A stretch of 63,605 nt of DNA, the filler included, from Reticulomyxa filosa (Eukaryota; Protista; Foraminifera): assembly GCA_000512085.1 (NCBI GenBank). It is 18 parts of 18 records of this genome, joined end to end, with 100 filler letters (N's around TTAATTAATTAA, not from the genome) between each part and the next. Parts side by side here need not be neighbours in the genome. Positions count along the whole stretch, not along the records: positions 51,319 to 54,889 come from ASPP01010157.1; positions 54,990 to 57,027 come from ASPP01049268.1; positions 57,128 to 61,964 come from ASPP01018458.1; positions 62,065 to 63,605 come from ASPP01003224.1; 14 more parts are not named here. One strand, 5' to 3'. The notes below the pieces were generated by a model that was not told the DNA's origin, ran no database searches, and saw only the letters and a list, made by a program, of their open reading frames with translations. Both the position numbers and the translations under genes were made by a program. Below are positions 51,724 to 63,605 of this stretch, piece by piece (positions within the stretch are counted from its first letter, which is position 1; every line of letters begins with the position of its first letter).

Positions 51724-52842
51724 CCTACTTTTGTTTCAATACTATTTATTCGAATATTGTGAAACATGCATAAAAGGCGATTATCATGTGCATGCGATTT
51801 CTTTTTATTCCTAAATTAAATCAAACGTCTACTTTTTTAATGTCTTTCTTCACAACTATTTTCTTATATATTTTTTCTTTTTCTGCTGTCTTAAACTGGC
51901 ATTTTTTTCATATGATACTTCAACAGTATAACCCTTTTATTTAAATATATAAAAATCAAATGTCATAACACAAAAAACTGTACTTTCGCTCAGTCTTTAG
52001 AGTCACGTTTTGACCTTCAAAAAGGGGACAGGGTGTTGCACGTAAAGTTTTTTTTACGGAAGAGAACGTTTTTTTGTTTGTTTAAAGTTGGTAATTTAGT
52101 TTTTAACAACCAGCAAATAGTTTTCATAATGTGGGGATTTTGCTAAAAAAGCTGGTTTTAATTGGAAAAAATGTTTTGCACAACTGCGCAAAGTCGAACT
52201 GTTTAACCAATTATTGGTCATTTTTTTACAATGGCTTTTTTCCATTTGTCGACGAAAGCAGTTTGAAGGTTAGAACAGAAAAAATTTTAAAAATTTTTTG
52301 GGATGACATTATGTCTTGCAATCCCGAATCAAAGAATTTTTCTTTGTTGACGAATAAAAAATCACAATCACAAATCGTGTACTGATTTGTTGTTATTTTT
52401 TTTTATTTTAATTTTGGTTGAAAAGGTGAAAAGATTTTTTTTGTTGTTGGAAATAGGTGAACGGAATGTCAGAATTTTTACAAATCACTGAAGTGTTGTT
52501 TTTGACAAAGCCAAGGAGCTTATAAAAACGTGAGAACTTGTTGCGAAAGTGCGCATGAGTTGTTGTTAATGTTTTGATTTGATAATTTAATGATATTATA
52601 ACAAATTGAAATTTTTTTTAATTCGTCATCATTTTTGGAAGTCTTATGAAATCTTTTTTTAATCATTTATAGGCCAGTCTCATAAAAGAAACACGTAAGT
52701 TACACATTAATTAAAATAAATTAAAAATATGGTTTCATTCCTGATGACAAGATTTACTCTGTCATTACTGTATGCTAAATACGAACAAGTTGAAACGATA
52801 GTAGTCAAAAAACCAAAACCTGTTTCTAGCAAGTCGTAAATT

Positions 52843-53675
52843 TTATCGACTGTATCGGGAGGGATCGTTCATTAGTAACTCCGTAATATCTTGTAATAAA
52901 CCTGAAGGACTATCCAACTCAAACTCAAAGTGTCTGCAAAAATACAGGAAGTGCTATTGTTGATATAAAGAAAAAACACATTAAATATGAACCATATTAA
53001 TGCACACGAAAAGAAAAACAAAACTTTGAATGAGCTATTAAAATGTTTATGAATGTTAAATTTTTTGATAGTTCGATAATGAGCAAAATAAATATGGGCA
53101 AAGACACGATGTAATCTTCGAAGAATGGTGTGTGATATTGACCTGAATGCCTTATCATCAACTATATTACTTGTGGTGCTCATATGAGATTCTTCTCCAT
53201 TTGCGTCAGTACGATAGGATCTTTGTTTGCTTAAATGTTCAGTGCTTTCAAGTTCATTTTTTTCTTTCAAAATATGCTCTCTCTCCCTCCTTGTCAGAGT
53301 TGACGTACTAAATGTACTTGGAGCGGAGGACAATGACAAGGAGGGTGGGGGAAACAGTGTTGGATTGTTTATCTTTTCTTCCGTCATTTCAAACACTAAA
53401 TCCACATACTTACCGGCACTAACCGGTACGCTCTCATGTGTACTTAGTAATGGCCATAAATATGTTGTTTTGCCGTCACACGTCATTCGTGGACATTGTT
53501 CTGGAGTACAAAAAGGATATAAGATGTTCCAAAGTAGGGACAGTTCATTGTAAAATTTTACAATATGCACACTAATCCACTCTCTTTCTGTGCATTTCAT
53601 TGGAGTCAGTACAAACTGGACCATGTTTCTCAATCCCAATGTCTCAAATGTTTCCATTCCAGATTTTTTTTCCAT
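52843..53675 (-). CDS. MOB kinase activator (Mob1/phocein family), divergent
   Basis: EWISVHIVKFYNEL..FCTPEQCPRM..YLW..KYVD..LFP..ILRRLHRVFAHIYFAHY..NSSFK|HFLYF, with one intron at ~52955-53025. Confidence 0.88.
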
Positions 53676-54136
53676 GGGGATAGGATAGCCAAGATAATTT
53701 TCCACTACAGTACACAGACGCAAAAAAGTTCGAAAAAACACTTTTGTCTGAAAAGGTTATATGCTTATTTTGCTATGATTTTGTTGTTTTTGTCGTAAAT
53801 AAACGAGATAAAATTTAAAGTTTTTCAGAAAAGTGCTGAAAATAATTATCTGACTATTCTTTAGAAAAGAAAAATTTAGTTTTTATATTGAAAAGTGTTT
53901 ATTATAAATAGATAAAAAGCTTAAAAAAAGATTATTACCGTTTTAAAAAAACAATTTTGTCCCAAACTAACATAAATCTTTTTTACCTTGACACAGCAAT
54001 TTTTGCCACATTTTAAAGTTAAATTTATAGATGTGTGATATACAGAACAATTCAAATAAACAAAGTAGCCGAAGAGTCTAAGACAATTTTAAAGTTCCGT
54101 CTTAAAGTTATCGATTACATAATGTAAAAAAAAAAA

Positions 54137-54889
54137 ATGGCAGAAAACGGACAAACACGAGGTCAAAGTATCCAAAATCTGGTGCAGCAATTTTCACAGA
54201 TACAAAATTCGGATAATAACAAAGTGGACCCAAAAAAAACAGCACACAATAAACGAAAAAGAAAGTGAGCACAACGAGTCAAGCAATGTGAATGAAGTAT
54301 TGCCGCAACGATCACAAGAAGCAAGCGAGTCTGTGGCGTCATCCTCAGAAGACGGAGGAGAGGCCCCCTCTAAAAGGGCCACGACAAGTCAAAAATGGAA
54401 CAGCGCAAGCAGTCCAAATCAAAAATATAGTCGAAAACAAGACCCTCCTTACAATCCAAAAAACGATCCGGCATTGAATGTGTTGAATCCATTGCAAATG
54501 ACATTGGATCAAACGTTGATAGGAGTGGCGAGCAATGGAGGATCACGAGGTTGGGCAGAGAAAGGTGAGGAAGAAAAGGTTCCTTCATCGTCAGGATCGC
54601 TCAAGCAGTCGAATAATTTGTCGATTCCTTTACTAGGTCAATGTAGTATTGAGTCTTTGTTGGCGCAAATGAAGCATGGAACCGAATGTCTACACTCCTT
54701 TGCCAATGCTATCAAATTGTTTTCGAGAGAGCAAATCAAACAATGCGACGAAACTTTGAAGCTTCTGCAAAAATCTAAACAAGAGTATGTTGTGTCCATT
54801 ATTTAACTTCAAAAGTCCCCCTTTTTTTTTTTTTTTTTTTTTTTATATCCCCCCCCCCCCCCCCCCCCCCCCCCTCCCCCCCCCCCCCC
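54137..54889 (+). CDS. Hypothetical protein N-terminus, possibly leading into an FCH/F-BAR-like helix, 3'-truncated, frameshift at an A8 run
   Basis: The ATG 54137 frame switches at CCCAAAAAAAAC (~54232-54239) into ORF 54288..54806. IESLLAQMKHGTECLHSF..LKLLQK is only weakly FCH-like. Confidence 0.45.
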
Positions 54890-54989
54890 NNNNNNNNNNN
54901 NNNNNNNNNNNNNNNNNNNNNNNNNNNNNNNNNTTAATTAATTAANNNNNNNNNNNNNNNNNNNNNNNNNNNNNNNNNNNNNNNNNNNN

Positions 54990-55447
54990 GCACCTCCGCC
55001 TCCACGTAGCTCTTTGGAGCCATTTTCACCTTTACCAGGTCCTGTTTCAGATGGATAACCTAATTTAGAGCACGATATATCACAAGTATTTGCAATCCAT
55101 AAATGACTGGTCTTGAGTTTCAAATGGCCCATGTCTTGATTGCAATTCACTGTCAATAAATTGGAATCTCCCAATAAATACACTCCAAACTTGAAATCGT
55201 GCCATTTGTTATTCTCAAGCTTTATCTTTTGTCCCCATCCAGTTACCAACAAAAAATCCACTCCATTTACCAATTTTGGTTGCAGTTTTTCATTTGAACA
55301 CAACCAATTGTACATCGTCTCACAAGTCCTTTCAGTTGGTAACACGAGAGGATGTTTTTGTTTTTTTCGTTTTTTCTTAGCATTCTTTCTATTTACTGGA
55401 CCGGCCAAATTTGTTCGTAAGCTCGCTTTCATAACGTATGTCGCCAT
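54990..55447 (-). CDS. Protein entering a glycine-rich (LGYP..GPG.G..GGG) repeat region, 3'-truncated
   Basis: ORF open from the ATG to the contig end. HLWI..ISCSKLGYPSETGPGKG..GGG. Confidence 0.6.
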
Positions 55448-56887
55448 TATTCCTTAATGAGCAATTATTTGCTCGAATTATGTGAAAACAAAAAGCTTTT
55501 TTCAATTTTAACGGGAGAGGGAAAGTCTCTTAGAGCTTTTTTTGCAATACGAGCAAAATTGAATTTGGAAATATGAAAAAATATATTTCTTTATGTTTTG
55601 AAATATACCATTGCTAAAGAGCCAAAGTACAACATTGGCAATGTTAAATTTTTTCTAACATGTTTGAGCGTTCTGCTCACTTTTTTTAATTTTCCTTTTT
55701 TTCTGAAATATTAATAATTGCCAAAAAATGATAATTTTATTTAACAAGTTTTTTTCTACTGTAAAACATGAAATAAATGAAAAGGACTTTTATAATCAAT
55801 TTTTATTTAAAACAACTTCATTGTTTTGTGTCTTATCTGCAGAAAATCTCTTATTTGATTGGACATTCTTTATCTTTTTTAGAGCCAACAAAGTTCACTC
55901 CGTTAAAAAAAAAATCGCATCATCTTAAGTTTACTTTCTCTATCTCATCAGTTGGTAAAATATCATGCTTAATACATTAAAATAGATTTAAATCAAACAC
56001 ATTAATATTCTTTGGCCTACAGGTGATAAATAACAAATGATTATTGCTTCCATTATAAAAGTGATCTTCGATAGTAATAGATGACTACTATTGCCTATGA
56101 AGGAATTCATTTATTGTAATTGTTTACAAGGACTCTAACATAAATTTTATGTAAACAATCAGTTGTTCAGCTTATTTCTTCTAAATGCTATCATAATAAT
56201 TATCCTCTTAAACAAGCTTGTAATTTTCTAGTTTTGTAATTGATCAAATAAATGATCTATTACAGAAGTACTTTGCTATTCTTCATATCTTCTATTTCAT
56301 CTGCATATTCTCCATGCCATATTAACAATAATTAATTGTTTGGTACTTCCAAACAGTCTACACTAAAAGTCAATGATTTCAGATTTTCATTATTCTGACG
56401 TAAAAAAATCAAAAATAATTTTTTCAAAAAAAAGAAGTGTCATGAATGTAAAATGAAAATGTTATAAATGGTGAATCTTTTCTTTGGATGATCAATAATG
56501 ATAATAATGAAAAAAAACAAAAAAGATATTGATCGAATGCCCTTGACTTTGGCAACAATTAGACATGTTTTTACGAAATAAAACCAGCTTTGAATTTTTT
56601 TTATACTCCGGATTATATCACATGTATCACACTTTTTATAATATTTTTATTAAAGAATATAACGCTGGACTGATAAGATATAAATTATATTTTTCAGTTC
56701 TCAATTTTGTGGAAAAAATTAAAGTACGAAGCAAATGTTTACTAGACGAAAAATTTGTATTTTCAAACTTAAAACGATTAGTATTGGTACATTTTGTTTT
56801 ATATATAGACGCGCCAAAAGAATTCTAACTTAAGTACTTGACAGTATACTACAAGACGCAAAAAGTACAAAAGCAAAGACAAATATA

Positions 56888-57027
56888 CAGTATGTTGCAA
56901 AAAAAACTGAACACCTAAAATGCCACCTTATGAAGATGATAGATTTTCTTAATGAAAAACAAACATTTAAAGCTAATTTTTTTAAAAAAAAATATCTACA
57001 AGTCTTGTAGTTTTTAAATATGATATT
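56888..57027 (+). mobile_element. Tc1/mariner-type element end (TIR), copy 4 (diverged)
   Basis: TA|CAGTATG..CACCTAAAATGCCACCTTATGAAGATGAT..ATATCTACAAGTCTTGTAGTTTTTAAATAT, aligning with copies 1-3. Confidence 0.75.
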
Positions 57028-57127
57028 NNNNNNNNNNNNNNNNNNNNNNNNNNNNNNNNNNNNNNNNNNNNTTAATTAATTAANNNNNNNNNNNNNNNNN
57101 NNNNNNNNNNNNNNNNNNNNNNNNNNN

Positions 57128-60100
57128 TCCCGTTCGCATTGACGAATTTTATCGTTCAATTCTTTTTCATTGTTAATTAATCTTTGCACATCACTTTCCA
57201 AAAAGCCATGGTTCTTTAATGATTTGGTAGTGCTTTGCAATGATACCATTCCCTTTTGTAATATTCCTTCGTATTCCTTCTTTACTTGTTCGTCCTTGTC
57301 CAATTTTTCTTTTAATTCCTTCACTTGTTCTTGAAAGTTTTTTTTGACTTTTGCTCCTTCTTCTGATAATTTTTCCAAATTTTGTTGTTCTTTTTTAATA
57401 TCCTCCTCCACAGCTTCTATTGATTCATATCCTTTTACACTGAAATATTCCATTGCTTCTTTATTATCTGACACCAAAGAAGCATCCAACGATTGTGACT
57501 TGTTCTTTTTTCCATATTCTCGTTTGATATCTTCAAATTGTGAAATTTTTTCCTCAGTTGTTTGTATCTTATTTGCAATCGGTTGATATTTTGATTCAAA
57601 CGTAGCCTCGATGTTGGTCAATTCTTCTCTTGTTGCATTAATTATAGAGTCAAGGTCTTTCACATTCTCAAAATTCTTTTTCTGCAAGTAGTTGTGAATA
57701 CTTTCCGCACATGGTTTGAGTCGGATCAAATTCTCCTTCATATTTTCTTGATTTGCAAAATTTTTTGCTTCCAATGCAAATTCACGACGAATTGTGGCCA
57801 ATGTAGATCGAATGGATTGTTCAAGTTGAGTGCCTATATTTTGGCGGAAAGGAGTTATTTCTGGAATGATCATTTCCAAGCGACGCAAATTCCTAAGGTG
57901 GGTAAAGATATTGCGAGCATCTTTGACAAGTTCCGGATGATCTAAATCGATTTCCAAATTTTGACTTGATTGCTGCAACTCGTATAATTGTGCTATCAAT
58001 TTTTGTTTTATGGCGTCCATCAAATTGCTGCTACCATCTTCTTGACGATCATCAATCCACTTTGATTGGCTTACACAAAGGATACACTCATATAATCGAT
58101 TGTAATCAATTGACACATTTGGATTGTTGAGAGATCCGAGTATTGTGTCAATATCTTTTTGGATATCACCTACAAATCCAAACATCTTTTCAGTAATTTG
58201 ATAATATTGGCTTCCTGTTCTTTGTTTCACTGCTTCCATGGTTCGAAGTTCATCCAGTACCAAAATAAATGTTTTAATTTCATCAAATGCTTGATACCTT
58301 TGCTTTTCAAAAAGGTATACAATCTTTTGTTTAACTTTTTCGAAATATTCAATAATTCGATTTACAAACGAGCGAATCAACTCTTTTGTCGACTTGTCAA
58401 GTCCAACATGTTCATAAGGTAAGTCAAATGCATTTGCTGCTTCCTCCAAGAGAGGAACAGTCTTTTTCAAAATGTCAACAGCAGTTTTGTCGAGTTTTTC
58501 AATTCGAATATTTACTTCCTGTTTTTCCTCCTTTGATGAAGTAGGCTCTTCTTTCATTGCCTTTTTCAACACAACAAATCCTTCATCTGCAGCGTTATTG
58601 AGACGAACCAATAATTCATTTTCCAAATTTTTAATCTCTTTTTTGATATCCATGAAAGAATGGAGATGTTCTTGAAAAATCAAAACCTTTCCAATCTTTT
58701 CCAATTCTTTCCGAAACTCCATAAATTTATTCTTTTTAATACATTCCTTTGCTTCGTCCACACAATTTGTAACTCTCTTTTTCAACTTTTGACACGCTTC
58801 ATCATAAGAACTACTAAAATCAGGGAAACAGGCCTGCACTTGTGCAATTTTATCCAAATGAGCTCGCAATGTACTTTCATCTCTTTCCTTTTGATCTTCA
58901 ATTGCATTAATCAAGCGTTTCATTTGTTTTTTGATGTTTTGGGTCAAAGAAGTACTACTAATTGCATCTTTCAAATGACTTCGTCGTAATTGATTTGCAG
59001 ATTTCAACTCATTTACGACTTTTTGATAAGCCAACACATCATTTTTGCTTAGATGTGGAGATACAATACGCTTATTGAATATTGACTTTGCATCTTCATA
59101 TTTTTGATTCCATTCATTGGTCAACTTTTTCACAATATCCTTGTATTCATTTTCAATCGTTGGGAGTTTCAACACATTACTCAGCTCTTTGAGTTCATCC
59201 AACTTTGTTTGGACAACATTGTAATCCCCTTTTTGATACCCCAACCAAACGGCTTCTTTGTGTTTCTGCACTTGCATTTGGACTGCCCCTTTGGAACTTT
59301 CGGAAACAAAAGGTTGAAAGACCTCTCCAGGATTCTTAATGAATTCCTTTATATCAGTAAGACTCTCTAGCAAAGAATCTGGTGAGTCACTCACTAAATT
59401 TGGTGCGATCACAACATTTTTTGTTTTTTTGGCAATGTCCTTCAAAATGGCTTTGAATCCCTCATCTGGCTCGTCTTTAGAGTTATTCCATGTATCTTTC
59501 ACTTGTGCACTCATATTTTTTATTTTATTTTCGGGTATTTTGGTGAACACATAAGAAAATGCACTGATATGATTCTCGATGGATGGAATAAGTGACACGA
59601 GTGTACGGGCTAAATCTTTAACACAGCTCATTCGATAACCCAGAGCAGTGTAACAAATCAACACCACAGGTTTGACACTTTTACAATTTTGCAATGCTCG
59701 AACAATTCCGATACCATTTGCAACATCAACTTCAGGACCATTTGTGTCTCCAAATCCAGGTGTGTCACAAAGGACCACACTATCTATGTCCACAAGCAGA
59801 TTCATCTCTTTTAAATTGATGGAAACAGCTGTGATATATCGTGTCTCAGAGATTGACTTTGAGCTCGTACGAACGTTCGCCAATGCTTTATTATTAACTT
59901 TCACTGGGGCTATATGGCATATTCCATCCACAATTTGTTCCTTCATGGTTGATCCAGCCAGGAAATGGATTAATGTGGATTTACCAGATCCAGTGCCTCC
60001 TAACATCAATATCACATTTTGGTCTTTGATTGTGTTTGCTGCTTCGTCTGCCTTTGCCACCAACTCCAGCATAGACTTTATGTCGAAATACTCTCCTTGC

Positions 60101-61080
60101 TTTTTCACAGGAATAGTGGGTATGGAAGAGGAAGGACTTCGTTGAGGTACGTTGTCGTATACGTCTTTTTTTTCATCTTCCTTTTCGTTTGGCTCTTGTG
60201 ATTGCTGCTTTCCTTTTGATACCATTCTTGGTTTGTATTCACCTTGCATTTCATCCTCTTTCATCTCCCTCCCTTCGTTTTTTCTTGCGTTATGGCAACC
60301 AACTTCTTCACTACGTATAATGTTATCTGCTGATTTGCAATCTTCTTTATCTTGCTCGTCGGCTTCACTTTTTTTTCCACGTGTTTCGTATTGTGCCTTC
60401 CTCAACTCCTGGTTCTATTGAACTTCTCTTCAACGAATATGGACAGACCACTTGAAGTTTCAAAGACCATTTATTACTGTCATGTTCGTCATATCGATCA
60501 GCCCAAATACGTTTCAAGTCATCTGCAGTTTCTATTTTATTATTTTGACTTTCATCCTCTAAATACTCTCCATCTGACAGTCCTCCAATCAATTGTTTCA
60601 AATCCTCAAAATAGTGTTCCCAATTTTTTTGTTTCATTTCACCTTGAAAATTTAGATCATTTGAGTCTTTTGGACACCATGTCATTTTCTTGTTTTCTTT
60701 TGTTATTTCCAAACATCTCTTTTTTTATTATTGTTTATTAATACTTTATTGTTTGCTTTTTTAAAGGAAGAGAGAAGACCACACACCATTTTTAATGTGT
60801 AGGATGTCGCCTTATTTTTAAAAAGTGCATTCCAAAGATCAAAAAGATCTTCATCTTTGTCGACATGATTGTCAATGTCATCTTTTTTTACCAAAAGAAA
60901 TGAGGATGTTGTTGCTAGATGGAAGGCTTCTTTGATTGTATTCAACAATCCTTCCCAATTGCTCTCTTTCGCACTCTCTGGCATTCTTCCATCACTGCGT
61001 AAGCCAGTTGCCTTGAATATTGCTTTTTCGTTTCCGTAGGATTCAACTACAAAGTGCTTAGCCTTTATTTGTTTGATCAT
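57128..61080 (-). CDS. Very large GTPase: two PB1-like modules, AIG1/GIMAP-like GTPase, helical and coiled-coil repeats; 3'-truncated (>1,280 aa)
   Basis: G1 GGTGSGKST, G2 SET, G3 DTPGFGD, G4-like FTK. Phase-0 introns 60719..60786 and 60415..60448 (or 60451) join the three ORFs. Confidence 0.85.
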
Positions 61081-62064
61081 GTTTTTTTTTGACCTACTCC
61101 ATTTTTTTTTTTGCAGCTAAAAAAAAGTAATAACCATTTTGTTCTGTCTGGTGAATATGTAAAAGCAATTCACTTAATAGAAAATAGTCAACAGAAAAAA
61201 AATCTGATATTAATTTTTGTGGAGAAACTGTTGTTGTAACAAAAAGACTAGTTGTGGTCACTTTTTTTATATCAATGTTTTAAGAACTGATCACATTTTC
61301 ATGTCCTCATGCCGACGAAAAAAAGTTCAAATTTATAAATAAAAAATGACCATTGAAAATATTGGCAATTTTATAATATTACCTTAGACAGATTCACAGA
61401 ATTACTGTTCATTCTGTAAGATATTGCCTAAGCATCACGCTGCACACATATACCACTGAGTGTAGGGTGACGCCTAAATAAAATTCCTTTGTGTACACTT
61501 CAGTCGCTTCCTACAACGACAAAAAAAAATTAAAATTGTTTTGTTGAAAGATATTTTAAACAATGTTTGAGTTGCAATACAATACCGTTTGTCCCACTGT
61601 ATTACGAATATTTAAATCCTATTTAATTCATCGTTGACAATTTAAAAAATTATTTATCAATTTTAAATAAACTTTCGTATACGCATATTTTTTGAGTTAA
61701 ATAGCCTTTGATTGTAAATGAAAAGATACTCTTTTTATCATGTACGATCAGACGCTAGTATATGTTTATAAATTTGTAGTACTCATGATGTCGTAATAAG
61801 TAATTCTCGCACTACAAGTGAACTTTGGAACCCTTTATTCTAACAACACACTACTCACTTTCACGACTTGTCTTTCCTCTTTCACTTGTTGAATCTTGTT
61901 GTTTATTTTCTCTTTTATTTAAATCATTACTCTTTTGTTTTAAATTGCTCAAAAGAGCGAAAACNNNNNNNNNNNNNNNNNNNNNNNNNNNNNNNNNNNN
62001 NNNNNNNNTTAATTAATTAANNNNNNNNNNNNNNNNNNNNNNNNNNNNNNNNNNNNNNNNNNNN

Positions 62065-63591
62065 GATTGCATAAATTCATAAGATAATCTTAATATTGTG
62101 AATGACACACAATGTGCAAATCTTGCCAAAAATGTCATTTCAAATTTCTCTGTTAGCTTTTCATCACTTTTTAATTGTTTTATTATTACACTTGTCAAAT
62201 TTGATCGATAATTACTGCTTATCGCAGCATAGTCCTCTACTATCTTACTCATAGATGGAAATCCACTTTCAATTCCAACTCCAATTGTCAACTCACGAAT
62301 CCTTTCTCGCAATTTTTGCACGTCTTGAGACAATTGTACATTTGTCCTAATATTTATATTATTATAATTAATACCTTTGTATAAATTGTAAATGGTTAAA
62401 AAAAATAATAATAAAAAAAAAAGAAAAGAAGAACAAAGTAATACTCTTTAAATTCATTGGATTGCTGTCTGTACTGTTCCAATTCATTAATTGCACTGTC
62501 TTTTTCCAAGTGCAACGAGCTCAAACTAGTTCGATTTTTTTCAGTTAGCAGTACGTATTCATGTAACTTGATTTTAGCATTTTCGAGCTGAGTCTTTTGC
62601 ACTTGAAAATCAGACTCCAATTGTTTGATTTTGTGTTGACATTTGTGTAATTCATTCTTTTGTATTCCATGTTCAGTGGCAAATTGTTCGTGTCTCTTGA
62701 CCATAGAATTCACTTGTGTCTGCAGCTGCTGTTTTTCTTCTCGCAAATTTGTTATTTGTTGTTCATACCCTTCTTTCAAACTAAGCATTTTTTCTATTTG
62801 TTTTTCGCTGTCTTTCGTTAGAACTTCAATTTGCACCATTTGGTAATTGTTTTGCTCCTTTAAATGACAAATTTGCTTTTTATCGTTTTGTTCAATTTTG
62901 CTTACTTTTTCCATTAAATCAGTATATTGTGTATTGTGTTGTACTATCGCTTTCTCTGCGTTGGCCAATCGTTTTGCAGTATTCATTCTTTTTTCGTATC
63001 CTAGTTTATTGCCGACGAATAGTGGATAGCTGCTTGGCCACGCCTCGCTATTTTGTTTTGTTTTATTTTGTATACGTACACCCTCTCTTTCCCACTCCAA
63101 AGTGTTAAAAACAGATAACACAAAATGCAGCCCTAACAGATTTATTGTCTCCACTGGTACCTAGTTTTTGTATGCGTATACAACAACGCCAACAATGTAC
63201 AAACATTATCAAAGGGATTCGTTTTCGTTCTATTAAAAAAAAAAAAAAATTGTTTTTTTTTTTTGACACACCGAATTAATCAAAGCGCGCGTGTAATCAG
63301 ATGCCATCTTTTTTTGTTTGTTACGTTAAATGTTTGATTGAAAACCATTACAAAAAAAAAAAAAAAAAAGACCCAACCAAGTAATGCAACACATTCTTTT
63401 ACCTTTAATTGTTCTACCGGAAACCCTTGATTATCATCCATCCAAGCGCAAATGACTCCGTTCTCCACGTATAGTCGAGTGATAGAAATAATATTTTTGG
63501 CCTTGACAGTCTTTGAAAAGATAATCCAATTGGATACTGTCTTTGTAACGTCCACAGAGAATTTGCTTCCAACCAACTTTTGTGTTGTCAT
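62065..63591 (-). CDS. Multi-exon long coiled-coil protein, 3'-truncated
   Basis: ORFs 63280..63591, 62396..63154 and 62013..62333 are linked by introns (e.g. 63308..63372). Heptad-rich middle region. Confidence 0.65.
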
Positions 63592-63605
63592 TGCACATTT
63601 GTATG

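Noticed and set aside
39915-54240. A general programmed-frameshifting system (breaks at ~39920 and ~54235 plus those listed in findings)
   Set aside because: The breaks go in both directions, mostly at homopolymers, with no shared stimulatory motif. This is typical of pyrosequencing-type indel errors.
54849-54889. Poly-C tract as a G-quadruplex or telomere-like element
   Set aside because: Intronic homopolymer at a contig end, with unreliable length and no telomeric unit.
61580-61601. GTCCCACTG|TA as the right end of another Tc1 element
   Set aside because: No partner end or second copy in the window.
10546-62064. Recurring TTAATTAATTAA palindrome that could be taken for a repeat or CRISPR array
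   Set aside because: Always flanked by exactly 44 N on each side, so it is a synthetic spacer. The poly-X tails of track ORFs come from it.
1-63605. Apparent clustering of ubiquitin and G-protein genes as an operon or island
   Set aside because: The genes lie on different concatenated contigs, so adjacency across spacers is not biological.

Overview
This is not one locus. It is 18 short contigs joined by an artificial 100-nt spacer (N44-TTAATTAATTAA-N44), so gene neighbourhoods mean something only within a contig. The DNA is AT-rich, eukaryotic, carries spliceosomal introns and uses the standard code (well-supported genes end in TAA, TAG or TGA). The gene families present (a distinctive WD40 family, a 'IIQYWIQ..KLGWIDDFDK' module, orphan 7TM receptors) point to a foraminiferan such as Reticulomyxa filosa; this assignment is my inference. 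Recognisable genes include RRP4/EXOSC2, metaxin, a YFH7/YggC-like P-loop kinase, a giant (at least ~3,990 aa) LamG-CUB-PA-UBA-SPRY-HECT E3 ligase, two 7TM-RGS fusion receptors plus two other orphan 7TM proteins, an SLC49/FLVCR transporter, PYCR, a MOB protein, a PqiA-like protein and a giant 2xPB1-like/AIG1-type GTPase. Mobile-element traces are a Tc1 family (four TA|CAGTA ends plus a transposase relic) and a catalytically dead DIRS-like RNase H ORF. The most notable signals are: (1) introns with an oligo-A tract where the polypyrimidine tract should be, often paired with a 5' oligo-U tract; (2) the exon-modular PB1-GTPase; (3) the 7TM-RGS receptors; (4) the possibly domesticated DIRS RNase H. 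Several frameshifts in otherwise intact genes are most simply explained as homopolymer sequencing errors. All domain calls are by eye, from motifs.
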